Below are positions 18,554-28,071 of a DNA stretch of 64,000 nucleotides, one piece after another. The position numbers were made by a program, and so were the translations under genes. The stretch lies in the NCBI GenBank assembly GCA_035637335.1, contig DASPXI010000046.1:1311-65310 (forward strand), written 5' to 3'. How positions within the stretch are numbered: position 1 is the stretch's first letter; each line of letters starts with the position of its first letter. The DNA comes from Acidimicrobiia bacterium (lineage in GTDB: Bacteria > Actinomycetota > Acidimicrobiia > IMCC26256 > JACDBD01). A model generated the notes under the pieces. That model worked only from the letters and a program-made list of their open reading frames with translations. It searched no databases and was not told the DNA's origin.

Positions 18554-19659
18554 CTCTTCGCCGCGCCGGCGGCGAGCACGCCCGCCACCCACACGGCGCG
18601 CACCTCGAGCGAACCACGATCGAGAGCGACGAGATCGGCGCGGGCACCGGGCGCTATTCGGCCGCGATCCGTGAGTCCGAGCGCTTGGGCCGGGATCGTC
18701 GCCGCCATCTCGACCGCGCGTTCGACGGGCACGCCGAGCCCGACGATATTGCGCACCGCTTGGTCCATCGACAGCGTCGAACCGACGAGCGTGCCGTCGG
18801 CGAGCCGTGCCGCGCCGTCAGTGACGTGCGTCCCCGTGGTGGCGACGCGGTCAGTGACGAGCGCGACGTTCGGTTTCCGTTGAATCGCCAGGCGCAGCGC
18901 CGCGGGGTGGACGTGCACGAGATCGGCGATGAGCGTCGGTGTCAGCCGCTCGTCGTCGAGCGCGGCGCCGACAAGCCCCGGGGCGCGGTGGTGCAGCGGT
19001 CCCATGCCGTTGAACAAGTGGGTCACGAGCCGGGCGCCGGCGTCGGCAGCCCCGAGCGCGTCCTCGTACGTTGCCGTCGAATGACCCAGCGCCACTCTGA
19101 CGCCCCGCTCGTGCAGCAAGCGGGTGGCGGCGAAGTCGGGGTCGGCCTCGGGCGCCAGCGTCACCACGGTGACGAGATCAGGGAAGTCGTCGAGCACGTC
19201 GCGCAGCCATTCGCAGTCAGCGGTACGGAGCAACGACACGGGATGCGCGCCGGGGGCGCCACCGAGGAAGGGACCTTCGAGGTGGACGCCGATGATTGCA
19301 GGCAGCGGGCGGTCCCGGGCGTCGAGCTGCGCGTCACGCACGCGTTGCAGAGCGGGCGGATAGTCGTCGAGTGGTGCCGTCACGAGCGTGGGGCAGTAGG
19401 CGGTGACTCCGTGCTCGGCCTGGCCCCTCCCGGCGCGGCGCCACCCGTCGGGGTCCGCGGCGGCGAAGTGGAGGTCATCGACGCCGTTGACCTGCAGGTC
19501 GACGAATCCGGGCGCGAGCAGACCCGAGCCGAGGTCGAACGCGCCAGCCGGCCCACGTCCGAATCCGACGTCCAGGATCACGCCTTCGTCGATCGCCACC
19601 CATCCGGGCTGCGGCGGCCCGGGCGGGCAGAGGGCTGCGGTCGCGACGACTCGTGTCAC
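18550..19659 (-). CDS. nagA: N-acetylglucosamine-6-phosphate deacetylase
   Basis: Amidohydrolase motifs (PGFVDLQVNG, GVHLEGPF). GTG 19659 forms a GTGA overlap with the GT2 stop. The track N-terminal extension is rejected. Confidence 0.8.
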   Translation of the reverse strand: MTRVVATAALCPPGPPQPGWVAIDEGVILDVGFGRGPAGAFDLGSGLLAPGFVDLQVNGVDDLHFAAADPDGWRRAGRGQAEHGVTAYCPTLVTAPLDDYPPALQRVRDAQLDARDRPLPAIIGVHLEGPFLGGAPGAHPVSLLRTADCEWLRDVLDDFPDLVTVVTLAPEADPDFAATRLLHERGVRVALGHSTATYEDALGAADAGARLVTHLFNGMGPLHHRAPGLVGAALDDERLTPTLIADLVHVHPAALRLAIQRKPNVALVTDRVATTGTHVTDGAARLADGTLVGSTLSMDQAVRNIVGLGVPVERAVEMAATIPAQALGLTDRGRIAPGARADLVALDRGSLEVRAVWVAGVLAAGAAKS

Positions 19660-20369
19660 TTGCTGCGCCCCTCGCGCCCGAGCGTGATGCGCAGCGCCAC
19701 AAGCCCGAAAAGAGTCCGGGGTACTCGCCGCCAGATCGGGGTGCGCGACGGCCGGCGTTCCTGCGCCCGCGCGGGGAGCTCGGCGACCCGGAAACCGGCG
19801 CGCTCGGCTCGGATCACGAGCTCGGTGTCGAACAAGTCGGATGCGAACCGGCACCGCCGAACGAGCAGCTCGACGGGGGCGCGGCGCATCGCCTTCATCC
19901 CGTGCGTATCGGAGACCGACAGGGAGAACCCGGTCCGCAAGAGCCGGCTGAACACGGCAGTGACGAAACGCCGCGGCCACGGCCGCACGTCCTGCGATCC
20001 GGGCGCGCGTTTCGAAGCCACCACCATGACCGGCGCGTCGTCGCCCGACTCGAGCAGCGCCAGCGCCTGATCGACGAAGCCGAGCTCGTAATAGTCGACA
20101 TCGAACGTGATCACGAACTCACCTCGTGACGCCGTGAGCCCTTCACGCAAGGCAGCGCCATAGTTTGCGATCGCGCGTGACAACACACGCACACCCGGGT
20201 AGTCGGCCGCGAGCCGGCGCGCGATCTCTGGTGTGTCGTCGGTCGATCCGTTCTCGACGATGAGCACCTCGAACGCGAGTCCGCGCGCGCTCAAGCCGTC
20301 GTGGACGTCGCCCACAGCCGTCTCGAGGTATCCGGCCTCGTTGTGCGCGGGCATCACCACCGACAGCAC
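19656..20369 (-). CDS. Family 2 glycosyltransferase (Dpm1/polyprenol-phosphate sugar transferase-like)
   Basis: MLSVVMPAHNEAGYL...LIVENGSTDDT, a typical GT2 N-terminus. 237 aa. Confidence 0.8.
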   Translation of the reverse strand: MLSVVMPAHNEAGYLETAVGDVHDGLSARGLAFEVLIVENGSTDDTPEIARRLAADYPGVRVLSRAIANYGAALREGLTASRGEFVITFDVDYYELGFVDQALALLESGDDAPVMVVASKRAPGSQDVRPWPRRFVTAVFSRLLRTGFSLSVSDTHGMKAMRRAPVELLVRRCRFASDLFDTELVIRAERAGFRVAELPARAQERRPSRTPIWRRVPRTLFGLVALRITLGREGRSK

Positions 20370-20384
20370 GGGTGCGCGACGCAG

Positions 20385-22007
20385 TCAATCGAGCCGACTG
20401 TCGGGGAACGGCGGTCCCTGCGCAGGCGCTCGAAGTGCCGTCACGCCAGTCGCGTCTCGCACGAGCACCATGCGCCCACCGGGGGCATGAAATGTCGCGT
20501 CTGGCGCGAGTTGCAGCGGGGACCCGTCTACCGTGACCTTGAGTGGGGCCGGCTTTCGCTGGGTCCACTCCTGGTACCGATTCAGCGCCAGCCGGCAGAG
20601 CCGGTCGATTGCCGACCGGTCTTCCACCAGGGCCAGGTCCATGTCGAGTCCGGGCGCAGCGTCGTCGCGGTCGAGCTGTACGACGGCGGGATAGACCGCG
20701 AAGCGAGGCCCGAAGACGACATGTTCACCGCGCCGCGCCGCGCTCCAAGCGAACAGCACGGCGAAAGCGTGGAGCATGGCGGTTTCGGCGTTCGGTGCCG
20801 CGACCTTTCCGTGCCCGTCGTCGTCCTGGCGGGCGACGGGTCGAACATGCTGAATCAGTCGGAGCGACGCGAGTCCGGCTTCGGCTTCGACGGCAGCGCG
20901 CGTAAGCCAGGGCTCGATCTCGACGCCGAGCGGATCGGCGGGTGCGTCCGCCCACGCGCGTTGTGCCTTGCGCACCGCCGTAAGGTGGTTGCGCAGCGCG
21001 GTGACGGCGTCGGGCCAGTCAGGGCCGTCGGCGGCGTCGTCGAGGGCGGTGACGAGCGCGTGTGCTTCGAGGTGCTCGGGCGCGAGAAGCGGGCCGTCGG
21101 CGCACACACCCGCCAGCGCTCGGAGTGCCGGCGCGCGCGATCCGCCGACCGCGTTCAGGGCGGCATCCCATGACGCCTCGGGGTCGTAGCGCTCCGGCGC
21201 GCACAGGAAGTCAGCCGCCGTCGCCAGCGCGACCTGCGATGCGTGCGCTTGGAGCATGGGATTGCAGAGCACCCCGCCGAGCTCGTCGGTGAGCTCCGGC
21301 TCACGACCGCGGTAGGCACCGAGATGCAGGGAACGTTCCATCGTGCCGTCGTTGGCCGGGTAGTTGTCCCAGAGCACCGGGCGACGGCCTCCGAGCGCGG
21401 CCGTCCATGCACGCGCATCGTCGGCCCGGATGACGGGAGAGCAGACGGTGGGCCCTGTCCACATGACGTCGACATCGGACGGGAGGCCGGCGGCGAGGCT
21501 CCGAAGGTACGACGTCGGCCTGGTTCCCACGTACTCGGTCGGCACCAGCGTCATGTGCGTGGCAGGACGGCGGGCGCGCAACGCGTCGAGCAGCCAACCG
21601 GTCAGGTCGGCCTGCTCGCCGGCCAGGCCGGGACGGTTGGGGATGTCGTCCAGGGCGAGCACGATCCACTCGACGCCGACGTCGAGCAGCGGAGCCAGCT
21701 TCTCGATCAATGCGCCGCGATCAGGCTCGTCGCGGTAGTCGATGTCGAGGCCAGGCGACAGCGCAAAGCCGAACCGGACTCCAAGTCGGTTCGTGTGCTC
21801 GGCGAGTTCTGCAAAACGGGCCAACTCGTGGGCGTCGTACGCATCGCGCCAACGATCTCGGTGCTTCGGATCGCTCTTGGGCGCGTACAGATACGCGTTC
21901 ATGCCTCGCTCGGCGAGGAACTCGAGCACGGCGACTCGCGCCTCGTGCGACCAGGGCGGGCCGTAGAAGCCTTCGATGACGCCGCGTAAGGGGACCGGTC
22001 GAGGCAC
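20385..22007 (-). CDS. GH84 beta-N-acetylglucosaminidase (O-GlcNAcase-like), no signal peptide seen
   Basis: GVIEGFYGPPWSHE, YAPKSDPKHR and the catalytic ALDDIP pair are typical of GH84. Confidence 0.8.
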   Translation of the reverse strand: MPRPVPLRGVIEGFYGPPWSHEARVAVLEFLAERGMNAYLYAPKSDPKHRDRWRDAYDAHELARFAELAEHTNRLGVRFGFALSPGLDIDYRDEPDRGALIEKLAPLLDVGVEWIVLALDDIPNRPGLAGEQADLTGWLLDALRARRPATHMTLVPTEYVGTRPTSYLRSLAAGLPSDVDVMWTGPTVCSPVIRADDARAWTAALGGRRPVLWDNYPANDGTMERSLHLGAYRGREPELTDELGGVLCNPMLQAHASQVALATAADFLCAPERYDPEASWDAALNAVGGSRAPALRALAGVCADGPLLAPEHLEAHALVTALDDAADGPDWPDAVTALRNHLTAVRKAQRAWADAPADPLGVEIEPWLTRAAVEAEAGLASLRLIQHVRPVARQDDDGHGKVAAPNAETAMLHAFAVLFAWSAARRGEHVVFGPRFAVYPAVVQLDRDDAAPGLDMDLALVEDRSAIDRLCRLALNRYQEWTQRKPAPLKVTVDGSPLQLAPDATFHAPGGRMVLVRDATGVTALRAPAQGPPFPDSRLD

Positions 22008-22012
22008 TTCGG

Positions 22013-22018
22013 TAGGCT
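22013..22018 (+). promoter_or_regulatory. Candidate -10 box (TAGGCT) for the acyl-CoA ligase operon
   Basis: GGTAGGCT lies 25 nt upstream of ATG 22044, with GGGAG as a Shine-Dalgarno in between. Confidence 0.35.
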
Positions 22019-22043
22019 ACCGACCGCCTTACGGGAGACTTCG

Positions 22044-23615
22044 ATGAGCTCGACGCCGGATTTGTTGCGGTTGCACGCCGACGCCGGTGGTGACCGCGCC
22101 GCGGTGATCGTCGACAGTGCGGGTAGCGGGCGCCCGGCGGAGGTGTCGTTCGCCGAGCTCAACTCCATGGTGAACCGGCTGGCACACGCGTTCCGCACCC
22201 TGGGCATGCGGCGCGGCGAGCGGCTCATCTGGTGCGGGCCGAACTCGCTCGAGGTGATGGCGACGATCCACGCGGCGCGCAAGGCGGGGCAGATCGCCGT
22301 CCCGCTGTCGTACCGCTTCAACGCGGACGAAATGCAGTACGTGATCGACAACTCGGACGCCACGCTCGTGGTCGTTGACGCCGAGCAGGCGCCGCGCGTC
22401 GCCGAGATCCGCCACCGCATCCCCAAGGTGCGCGGGGTGGTCACCTACGGGGGTGACGTTCCACCCCGCTTCGAGGCATGGGACGACGTGATCGCCGCGG
22501 AGCCGGACACGGAGCCGGGCGACGAAGAGACCGACGTCGACGCCGACACCGTGGGCGCGCAGATGCTCTACACGTCGGGCACCACCGGGAAACCCAAGGG
22601 CGCGCTCCGAACGACGAGCGATCCGGTGATCGTGGGCTCGCTCCTTGGCGAGCTGGGGCTGCGACCGGGAGACGAGGTGCACATCACGACCGGTCCGCTC
22701 TACCACTCCGGTCCGCTCGCGTTCGCTGTGATCAGCCACACACTCGGCTGTCCCATCGTCATCCTGCGGAAGTTCGACCCGACCGCGTGGCTGCGCCTGG
22801 TGAGGGAGCACCGCGTGACGAACACGTTCTCGGCGCCTACGCAGCTCAAGCGGTTGGTCAGCCTCCCGCCCGGCAAGCTCGACCGCGCCGACCTGTCGTC
22901 CATGCGGTGCCTGATCGCCAACGCGGCCCCGGTGCCGTACGCGCTCAAGCAGGAGGTCGTCGAGAAGCTGGGCGACGGCTTTCTCTACGAGGTCTACGGG
23001 TCGACGGAGCTCGGGATCGTGACCGTGCTCAAGCCTTTCGACCAGCTGCGCAAGCCGGGTTCGTGCGGGAAGGTGTATGGCGGCATCGAGGTGAAGCTCG
23101 TGAAAGACGACGGCACCGACGCCGAGGTCGGTGAGCCCGGCGAGCTCTTCATCCGCACCGGGTTGGCGATGGACGGATACCACCGCACCGACGAGCAGCT
23201 TGCCGAGCTGTCCGACGGCGGATGGAAGTCCGTCGGCGACGTCGCGTACCGGGATGACGAGGACTACCTCTACATCTGCGACCGCAAGAAGGACATGATC
23301 ATCTCCGGCGGGGTGAACATCTACCCGGCGGAGGTGGAAGCCGTTCTCTACGCGCACCCACAGGTGCTCGACGCCGCTGTGTTCGGCATCCCCGACGACG
23401 AATGGGGCGAAAGCGTGTACGTGGTGATCCAGGGGAAGCCACACGAGTCGATCGACCTCGAGGAGCTGCGTGCCTTCGTCGAATCGCGCGTGGCGCGATA
23501 CAAGCGGCCCCGCCAGTACGAGCTCCGCGATGGTCTCCCGCGCACCGACGCCGGCAAACTCCTCAAACGGGTCCTGCGCGACGAGTTCTGGCAGGGTCGG
23601 GCCGCGGCGGTGTGA
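22044..23615 (+). CDS. AMP-dependent acyl-CoA synthetase/ligase (FadD-like)
   Basis: 523 aa with the AMP-binding motif YTSGTTGKPKG and the C-terminal GKLLKR. Confidence 0.85.
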   Translation: MSSTPDLLRLHADAGGDRAAVIVDSAGSGRPAEVSFAELNSMVNRLAHAFRTLGMRRGERLIWCGPNSLEVMATIHAARKAGQIAVPLSYRFNADEMQYVIDNSDATLVVVDAEQAPRVAEIRHRIPKVRGVVTYGGDVPPRFEAWDDVIAAEPDTEPGDEETDVDADTVGAQMLYTSGTTGKPKGALRTTSDPVIVGSLLGELGLRPGDEVHITTGPLYHSGPLAFAVISHTLGCPIVILRKFDPTAWLRLVREHRVTNTFSAPTQLKRLVSLPPGKLDRADLSSMRCLIANAAPVPYALKQEVVEKLGDGFLYEVYGSTELGIVTVLKPFDQLRKPGSCGKVYGGIEVKLVKDDGTDAEVGEPGELFIRTGLAMDGYHRTDEQLAELSDGGWKSVGDVAYRDDEDYLYICDRKKDMIISGGVNIYPAEVEAVLYAHPQVLDAAVFGIPDDEWGESVYVVIQGKPHESIDLEELRAFVESRVARYKRPRQYELRDGLPRTDAGKLLKRVLRDEFWQGRAAAV

Positions 23616-24280
23616 CCCACACGGCCACCCGCACCCTCTCGGAATACGACTCGAAGCACTTGCTCGCGTCAGTAGGCGTGCCGGTGCTCACCGAGCGCCT
23701 CGTCGCGAGGGCCGACGACGCCGTTACGGCCGCACACGAGCTCGGCGCGCCCGACCAGCCCGTGGTGCTGAAGCTGTGCGGAGAAGGCGTCGCGCACAAG
23801 ACCGAGCGCGGCCTCGTGCGCTTGGGGCTGCGTACCCACGACGACGTGCGAGAAGCGGCCGAGGCACTCCTCGCGGCGGCGAGACCCGACGACGGCGACG
23901 TCGGTGTGCTCGTCGCGCCCCTGGCGCGCGGCAGTCGCGAGCTCATCGCCGGTGTTCATCGCGACCCGCAGTTCGGACCGTGCGTCATGGTCGGCCTCGG
24001 CGGCGTGGTCGCCGAGGCGGTGGGCGACGTGGCGTTCCGGCTCGCGCCGGTCGACGCTGTCGACGCCGCCGAGATGCTCGACGACCTCGCGGGGCAGGTG
24101 CTGCTCGGGCCGTTCCGAGGCGAGCCTCCTGTCGACCGGAGCGCAGTGACCGAGATCGTGCTCGCGCTCTCTCGTCTCACCGACACCCGCGTCGAGATCG
24201 TCTCGGTCGACGTGAACCCGCTCGTCGTCGTGGAAGGGCAGCCTGTCGCCGTCGACGCGCTGGTCGAGGTCTCGGCGTGA
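23612..24280 (+). CDS. ADP-forming acyl-CoA synthetase, ATP-grasp (beta-like) subunit
   Basis: Starts at GTG 23612 with a GTGA overlap (LSEYDSKHLLASVGVPV...). The track N-terminal extension overlaps fadD and is rejected. Confidence 0.7.
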   Translation: MTHTATRTLSEYDSKHLLASVGVPVLTERLVARADDAVTAAHELGAPDQPVVLKLCGEGVAHKTERGLVRLGLRTHDDVREAAEALLAAARPDDGDVGVLVAPLARGSRELIAGVHRDPQFGPCVMVGLGGVVAEAVGDVAFRLAPVDAVDAAEMLDDLAGQVLLGPFRGEPPVDRSAVTEIVLALSRLTDTRVEIVSVDVNPLVVVEGQPVAVDALVEVSA

Positions 24281-25749
24281 GCGCACCCTCGCGGGAGCAA
24301 TGGCGGGCGCTGTTCGAGCCGCGCGGCGTCGTCGTCGCCGGCGCTTCGAGCCATCCGGGCAAGTTCGGGTTCGTCGCGCTGCACAACATCCTCCGCCACG
24401 ACTATCCGGGCGCGGTCTTCGCGACGAACCCCGAAGGCGGCGAGATCCTCGGCCAGCGTGTTCTGACGTCGATCGACGAGCTCCCCGAAGGCGCCGCGGA
24501 CCTCGTGTTCGTGTGCACGCCGGCCTCGGTGAACCTCGACCTGCTGAAAGCGTGCGCGTCGAAGGGTGTGCGCGCTGCGTTCGTGACGTCGGCGGGGTAC
24601 GGCGAGGCCGGGGAGGACGGCCGCACCGCCGAACGCGAGCTCGTGGCGACGGCGCGCGATCTCGGCCTCCTGCTCGTGGGGCCGAACGGGCAGGGCGTCG
24701 TCTCGACACCGGCGTCGCTGTGCGCGCAGATCGTCGCGCCGTACCCACCGGCGGGGCGGATCGCCATCGTCAGTCAGTCAGGGAACTTCGTCTCGTCGTT
24801 CCAGAACTACGCCGGGGTCACCGGCGTCGGTGTCAGCCGCGCCGTCTCGGCCGGGAACGCGGCGGCAGTGACGGTGCCGGACTTCCTCGAGTACTACGGC
24901 GACGATGACGAAACCGCGGTCGCGCTCGCCTACGTCGAGGGCGTCACCGACGGTCGCGTCTTCTTCGACCGGATCCGGGCCGTCGCCCGGCGCAAGCCGC
25001 TGGTCCTGCTGAAGGGGGGCACGACGACCGGGGGCCAGCGCGCGGCCGCGTCACACACGGGCGCCCTCGCCTCCGACGAGCGCATCTTCGACGGCATGTG
25101 CCGCCAGGCGGGCGCCACGCGTCCGGCCACGGTCGAGGAGGCGTTCGAGGCTGCCGCCACTTTCGCGACGCAGCCGCTGCCGCGCGGCCCGCGCGTCGCA
25201 GTGCTCACGACTGCAGGCGGCTGGGGGGTGGTCACGGCCGACGCGATCGCCCGAGCCGGCCTCGAGCTGCTGGCGCTGCCCGAGGACCTGCGCGCCGCCA
25301 TCGATGCCAAGCTCCCGCCCCGCTGGAGCCGCAACAACCCGGTCGACCTCGCCGGCGCCGAGACGCGTGACACGATTCCAGAGGTCATGGAGCTCATGGC
25401 CACCGAGGACGCCGTCGACGCGATCGTCTACCTCGGACTGGGCATCCAGTCGAACCAGGCCCGCCTGCTCCGCACCGGCCGCTTCTATCCCGAGCACGGG
25501 CTCGACCGCATCGTCGCTTACCACGAGCGCCAGGACGAGCGGTTCGCGCGCGCCGCCGCCGACATCTCGGACGCCACCGGCAAGCCGATCCTCACGGCCA
25601 CCGAGCTCGCCGTCGCATACCCGGACAACCCGGGCCCGCGCACGGTGCGTGCCACAGGCAGGCTTTGCTACCCGTCGTCACATCGTGCCGTGGCCGCGCT
25701 TGCACACCTTTGGCGCTATGCGAGGTACCGGCAGCGGAGAGGCCTGTGA
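24277..25749 (+). CDS. ADP-forming acyl-CoA synthetase, CoA-binding/ligase-CoA (alpha-like) subunit
   Basis: Starts at GTG 24277 with a GTGA overlap. GVVVAGASSHPGKFG is a CoA-binding Rossmann motif, followed by a succinyl-CoA synthetase-like domain. Confidence 0.75.
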   Translation: MSAPSREQWRALFEPRGVVVAGASSHPGKFGFVALHNILRHDYPGAVFATNPEGGEILGQRVLTSIDELPEGAADLVFVCTPASVNLDLLKACASKGVRAAFVTSAGYGEAGEDGRTAERELVATARDLGLLLVGPNGQGVVSTPASLCAQIVAPYPPAGRIAIVSQSGNFVSSFQNYAGVTGVGVSRAVSAGNAAAVTVPDFLEYYGDDDETAVALAYVEGVTDGRVFFDRIRAVARRKPLVLLKGGTTTGGQRAAASHTGALASDERIFDGMCRQAGATRPATVEEAFEAAATFATQPLPRGPRVAVLTTAGGWGVVTADAIARAGLELLALPEDLRAAIDAKLPPRWSRNNPVDLAGAETRDTIPEVMELMATEDAVDAIVYLGLGIQSNQARLLRTGRFYPEHGLDRIVAYHERQDERFARAAADISDATGKPILTATELAVAYPDNPGPRTVRATGRLCYPSSHRAVAALAHLWRYARYRQRRGL

Positions 25750-27170
25750 GCTCCGGAGCCGTCGCGGGCCGGCGGGTACTCGCGCTCCTTCTCGTCGCTG
25801 CGGCCGCTGGATGCGCGTACTTCGGTCTGCGCGAGGACGACGCGCCCGCCGCGACGCCGTCGTCACGCCTTGCCACGCCGCTGTGGTCGCCGCGGCGAAT
25901 TCCGCAGCCGCTCGTCGACGCCGTCGGCTCGCAACATCTCCAGGCGCGCCTCGACGGAGAGATGGGTAGCAACCAAAGCTGCATCGCGGTGACCACCGGT
26001 GCGGGCGTGATCGCCGCCCGCAACTCCGACGCGGCCATGGCGCCGGCATCGACGGAGAAGGTCGCGACTGCTCTCGCCGCGCTGAGCACGCTCGGACCCG
26101 ACTTCAAGTACGAGACGAAGGCCGTCGCGCCCGCGGCCCCCGCCAACGGCAGCGTCCAACGCCTGTGGCTTGTCGGCTCGGGCGATCCCGGGCTCGCCAC
26201 ACCCGAGTTCCAGGCGCTCTTGGCATCGGACCCCAGGACGAGGGACGCGGTGACGACCTCGCTGGTGGGGCTGGCCGACTCGATCGTCGCCGCGGGAGTA
26301 CGGAACATCCCCGGTGGCATCCAGGGCGACGACTCGCGCTACGAGACCTTGCGGTATATCCCGACGTGGAAAGACTCCTACCGCACCGACGGGCAGGTCG
26401 GTCCGTTGGGTGCGCTCACGGTCAACCATGGGTTCAGCGCGTTCAGGCCCAAGCCCGTGCCCGTCGACGACCCGGCGGTGTTCGCCGCCGGCGAGCTCAC
26501 CCGGCTGCTGAAGGACCGCGGCGTCGCCGTCGGGGGGCTGCCCGGCCACTCGAACGCGCCCGGTCAGGTGACGGCGGTCGCGGCGGTGCAGTCCGCGCCA
26601 CTGTCACAGCTCGTCGCATCGATGCTTCGCATCAGCGACAACCTCGCGGCCGAGCTCATCACACGGGAACTCGGCGTCAAGGTCGCGGGTCAAGGCGCGA
26701 CAGCAGCGGGCACGAAGGTCACCGGCGACAAGTTGCGCGAGCTCGGTATCCCCGTCGAAGGGCTCGCGCTCGTCGACGGTTCGGGCCTCGATCACGGTGA
26801 CCGCATGTCGTGCACGACGCTGCTGTCCGCGTTCACGTTCGGGGCGCGACCGGAGTTCCGGGCCCTCTGGGACGGCCTTGCCGTCGCCGGGCAGACCGGC
26901 ACGCTGGATGACGAGCTGCGGGGATCCAGACTGGTCGGGAAGCTACGGGGGAAGACCGGCTCGCTGCAAGGCGTCACGGGGTTGGCGGCGGTCATCGATC
27001 TCGGCCGCTCCGTCCGATTCGCGTTCATTGCCAACGGGAACTTCAGCGAAGGCAATGGGATCGCGTACCGGTCGCGTGTCGCCGAGATCGTCGGCACGTT
27101 CCCCGACGCGCCACCCGCCGACCAACTCGTCCCCATGCCCACACCGCCGTCGCCGGGAGCCGGCCGTTGA
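25746..27170 (+). CDS. dacB: D-alanyl-D-alanine carboxypeptidase/endopeptidase (PBP4, peptidase S13)
   Basis: ASTEKV (SxxK), SDN and KTGS motifs. Has an N-terminal signal/lipobox-like segment (LLLVAAAAGC). GTG 25746 overlaps the upstream stop. Confidence 0.8.
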   Translation: MSSGAVAGRRVLALLLVAAAAGCAYFGLREDDAPAATPSSRLATPLWSPRRIPQPLVDAVGSQHLQARLDGEMGSNQSCIAVTTGAGVIAARNSDAAMAPASTEKVATALAALSTLGPDFKYETKAVAPAAPANGSVQRLWLVGSGDPGLATPEFQALLASDPRTRDAVTTSLVGLADSIVAAGVRNIPGGIQGDDSRYETLRYIPTWKDSYRTDGQVGPLGALTVNHGFSAFRPKPVPVDDPAVFAAGELTRLLKDRGVAVGGLPGHSNAPGQVTAVAAVQSAPLSQLVASMLRISDNLAAELITRELGVKVAGQGATAAGTKVTGDKLRELGIPVEGLALVDGSGLDHGDRMSCTTLLSAFTFGARPEFRALWDGLAVAGQTGTLDDELRGSRLVGKLRGKTGSLQGVTGLAAVIDLGRSVRFAFIANGNFSEGNGIAYRSRVAEIVGTFPDAPPADQLVPMPTPPSPGAGR

Positions 27171-27230
27171 CTGGTGACCACGGCGGCGGGGACAATCCGC
27201 CCCCAGTCGAGGCGAACCGGAGGAGCCACC

Positions 27231-27590
27231 GTGAACGATCGGGCGTCGCGCCCGACTGATGAGACTGCGCCGCTCCCGCAGGTCGTGCGGGAGTTGTGGG
27301 AGCTGATCGTCGCGTACTTCCGGCAGGAGACGGTCATCCCGCTCCAGCAGTTGGGTCGGTACATCGTGTTCGGGTTGCTCGGGGCGTTGCTGCTCGGGGT
27401 CGGAGTGCTGCTCCTGGCGACGTCGGCTTTGCGCGCGCTCCAGGACGAGACCGGCACGACCTTCAGCGGTAACTGGTCGTGGGCGCCCTATGGCATCGTG
27501 TTCGTCGCGCTCCTCATCGGCGCCGGAATCACGTGGCAGGCACGCAGTGCCGGGCGCGACCGGCGTGAACGAAGGGGTTCCGACCGATGA
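27231..27590 (+). CDS. Small membrane protein (holin-X/DUF1469-like)
   Basis: Two predicted TM helices. GTG 27231 is preceded by GGAGGAG 5 nt upstream. Confidence 0.55.
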   Translation: MNDRASRPTDETAPLPQVVRELWELIVAYFRQETVIPLQQLGRYIVFGLLGALLLGVGVLLLATSALRALQDETGTTFSGNWSWAPYGIVFVALLIGAGITWQARSAGRDRRERRGSDR

Positions 27591-27823
27591 GCGATGCTCG
27601 TGCGCAAACCCGCCCCGGGGTGGACAGGCCGGTCACGCGTGCCGACCTCGAAGCGAAGTTCCAGGAGTTGCGCGGCGCGACGGAACCCGGAGCACAGAAG
27701 GCCCGGGGCGTAGGGATCGGCGCGATCGTCGTCGGCGCTGTGCTTCTCGTCCTGGTTGCCTACCGGCTCGGCCGGCGCAAGGGACGCAAGCGCCGCACGA
27801 TCGTCGAGGTGCGGCGCGTATGA
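27587..27823 (+). CDS. Small membrane-anchored protein (78 aa, DUF3618-like)
   Basis: ATGA overlap with the preceding gene. One C-terminal TM helix followed by a basic tail. Confidence 0.5.
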   Translation: MSDARAQTRPGVDRPVTRADLEAKFQELRGATEPGAQKARGVGIGAIVVGAVLLVLVAYRLGRRKGRKRRTIVEVRRV

Positions 27824-28047
27824 GCGTGCTCGTGCGCATCGCGCGCACCGGCCTGCGCCGCGGGCTGCGCGAAGGCTCACGACCCTGGCTGCTGGCCGGC
27901 ATCAGCGCCGGCGCGCTCGTGCTCGTCCGCCGCGCGCTGACCGAGCAACCGGAGCTCGTGTACCAGGCGGAGCTGCAACCGGGGGAGCGCCTCGAGATTC
28001 GCACGATCCCTGCGGAGGCCGAGCAGAACGCGGAGCCTGCACAGTAA
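27820..28047 (+). CDS. Small hypothetical protein (75 aa)
   Basis: ATGA overlap with the preceding gene. Has one hydrophobic segment (WLLAGISAGALVLV). Confidence 0.45.
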   Translation: MSVLVRIARTGLRRGLREGSRPWLLAGISAGALVLVRRALTEQPELVYQAELQPGERLEIRTIPAEAEQNAEPAQ

Positions 28048-28071
28048 GCACCCTCAGTAGCCTGGGAGGCT

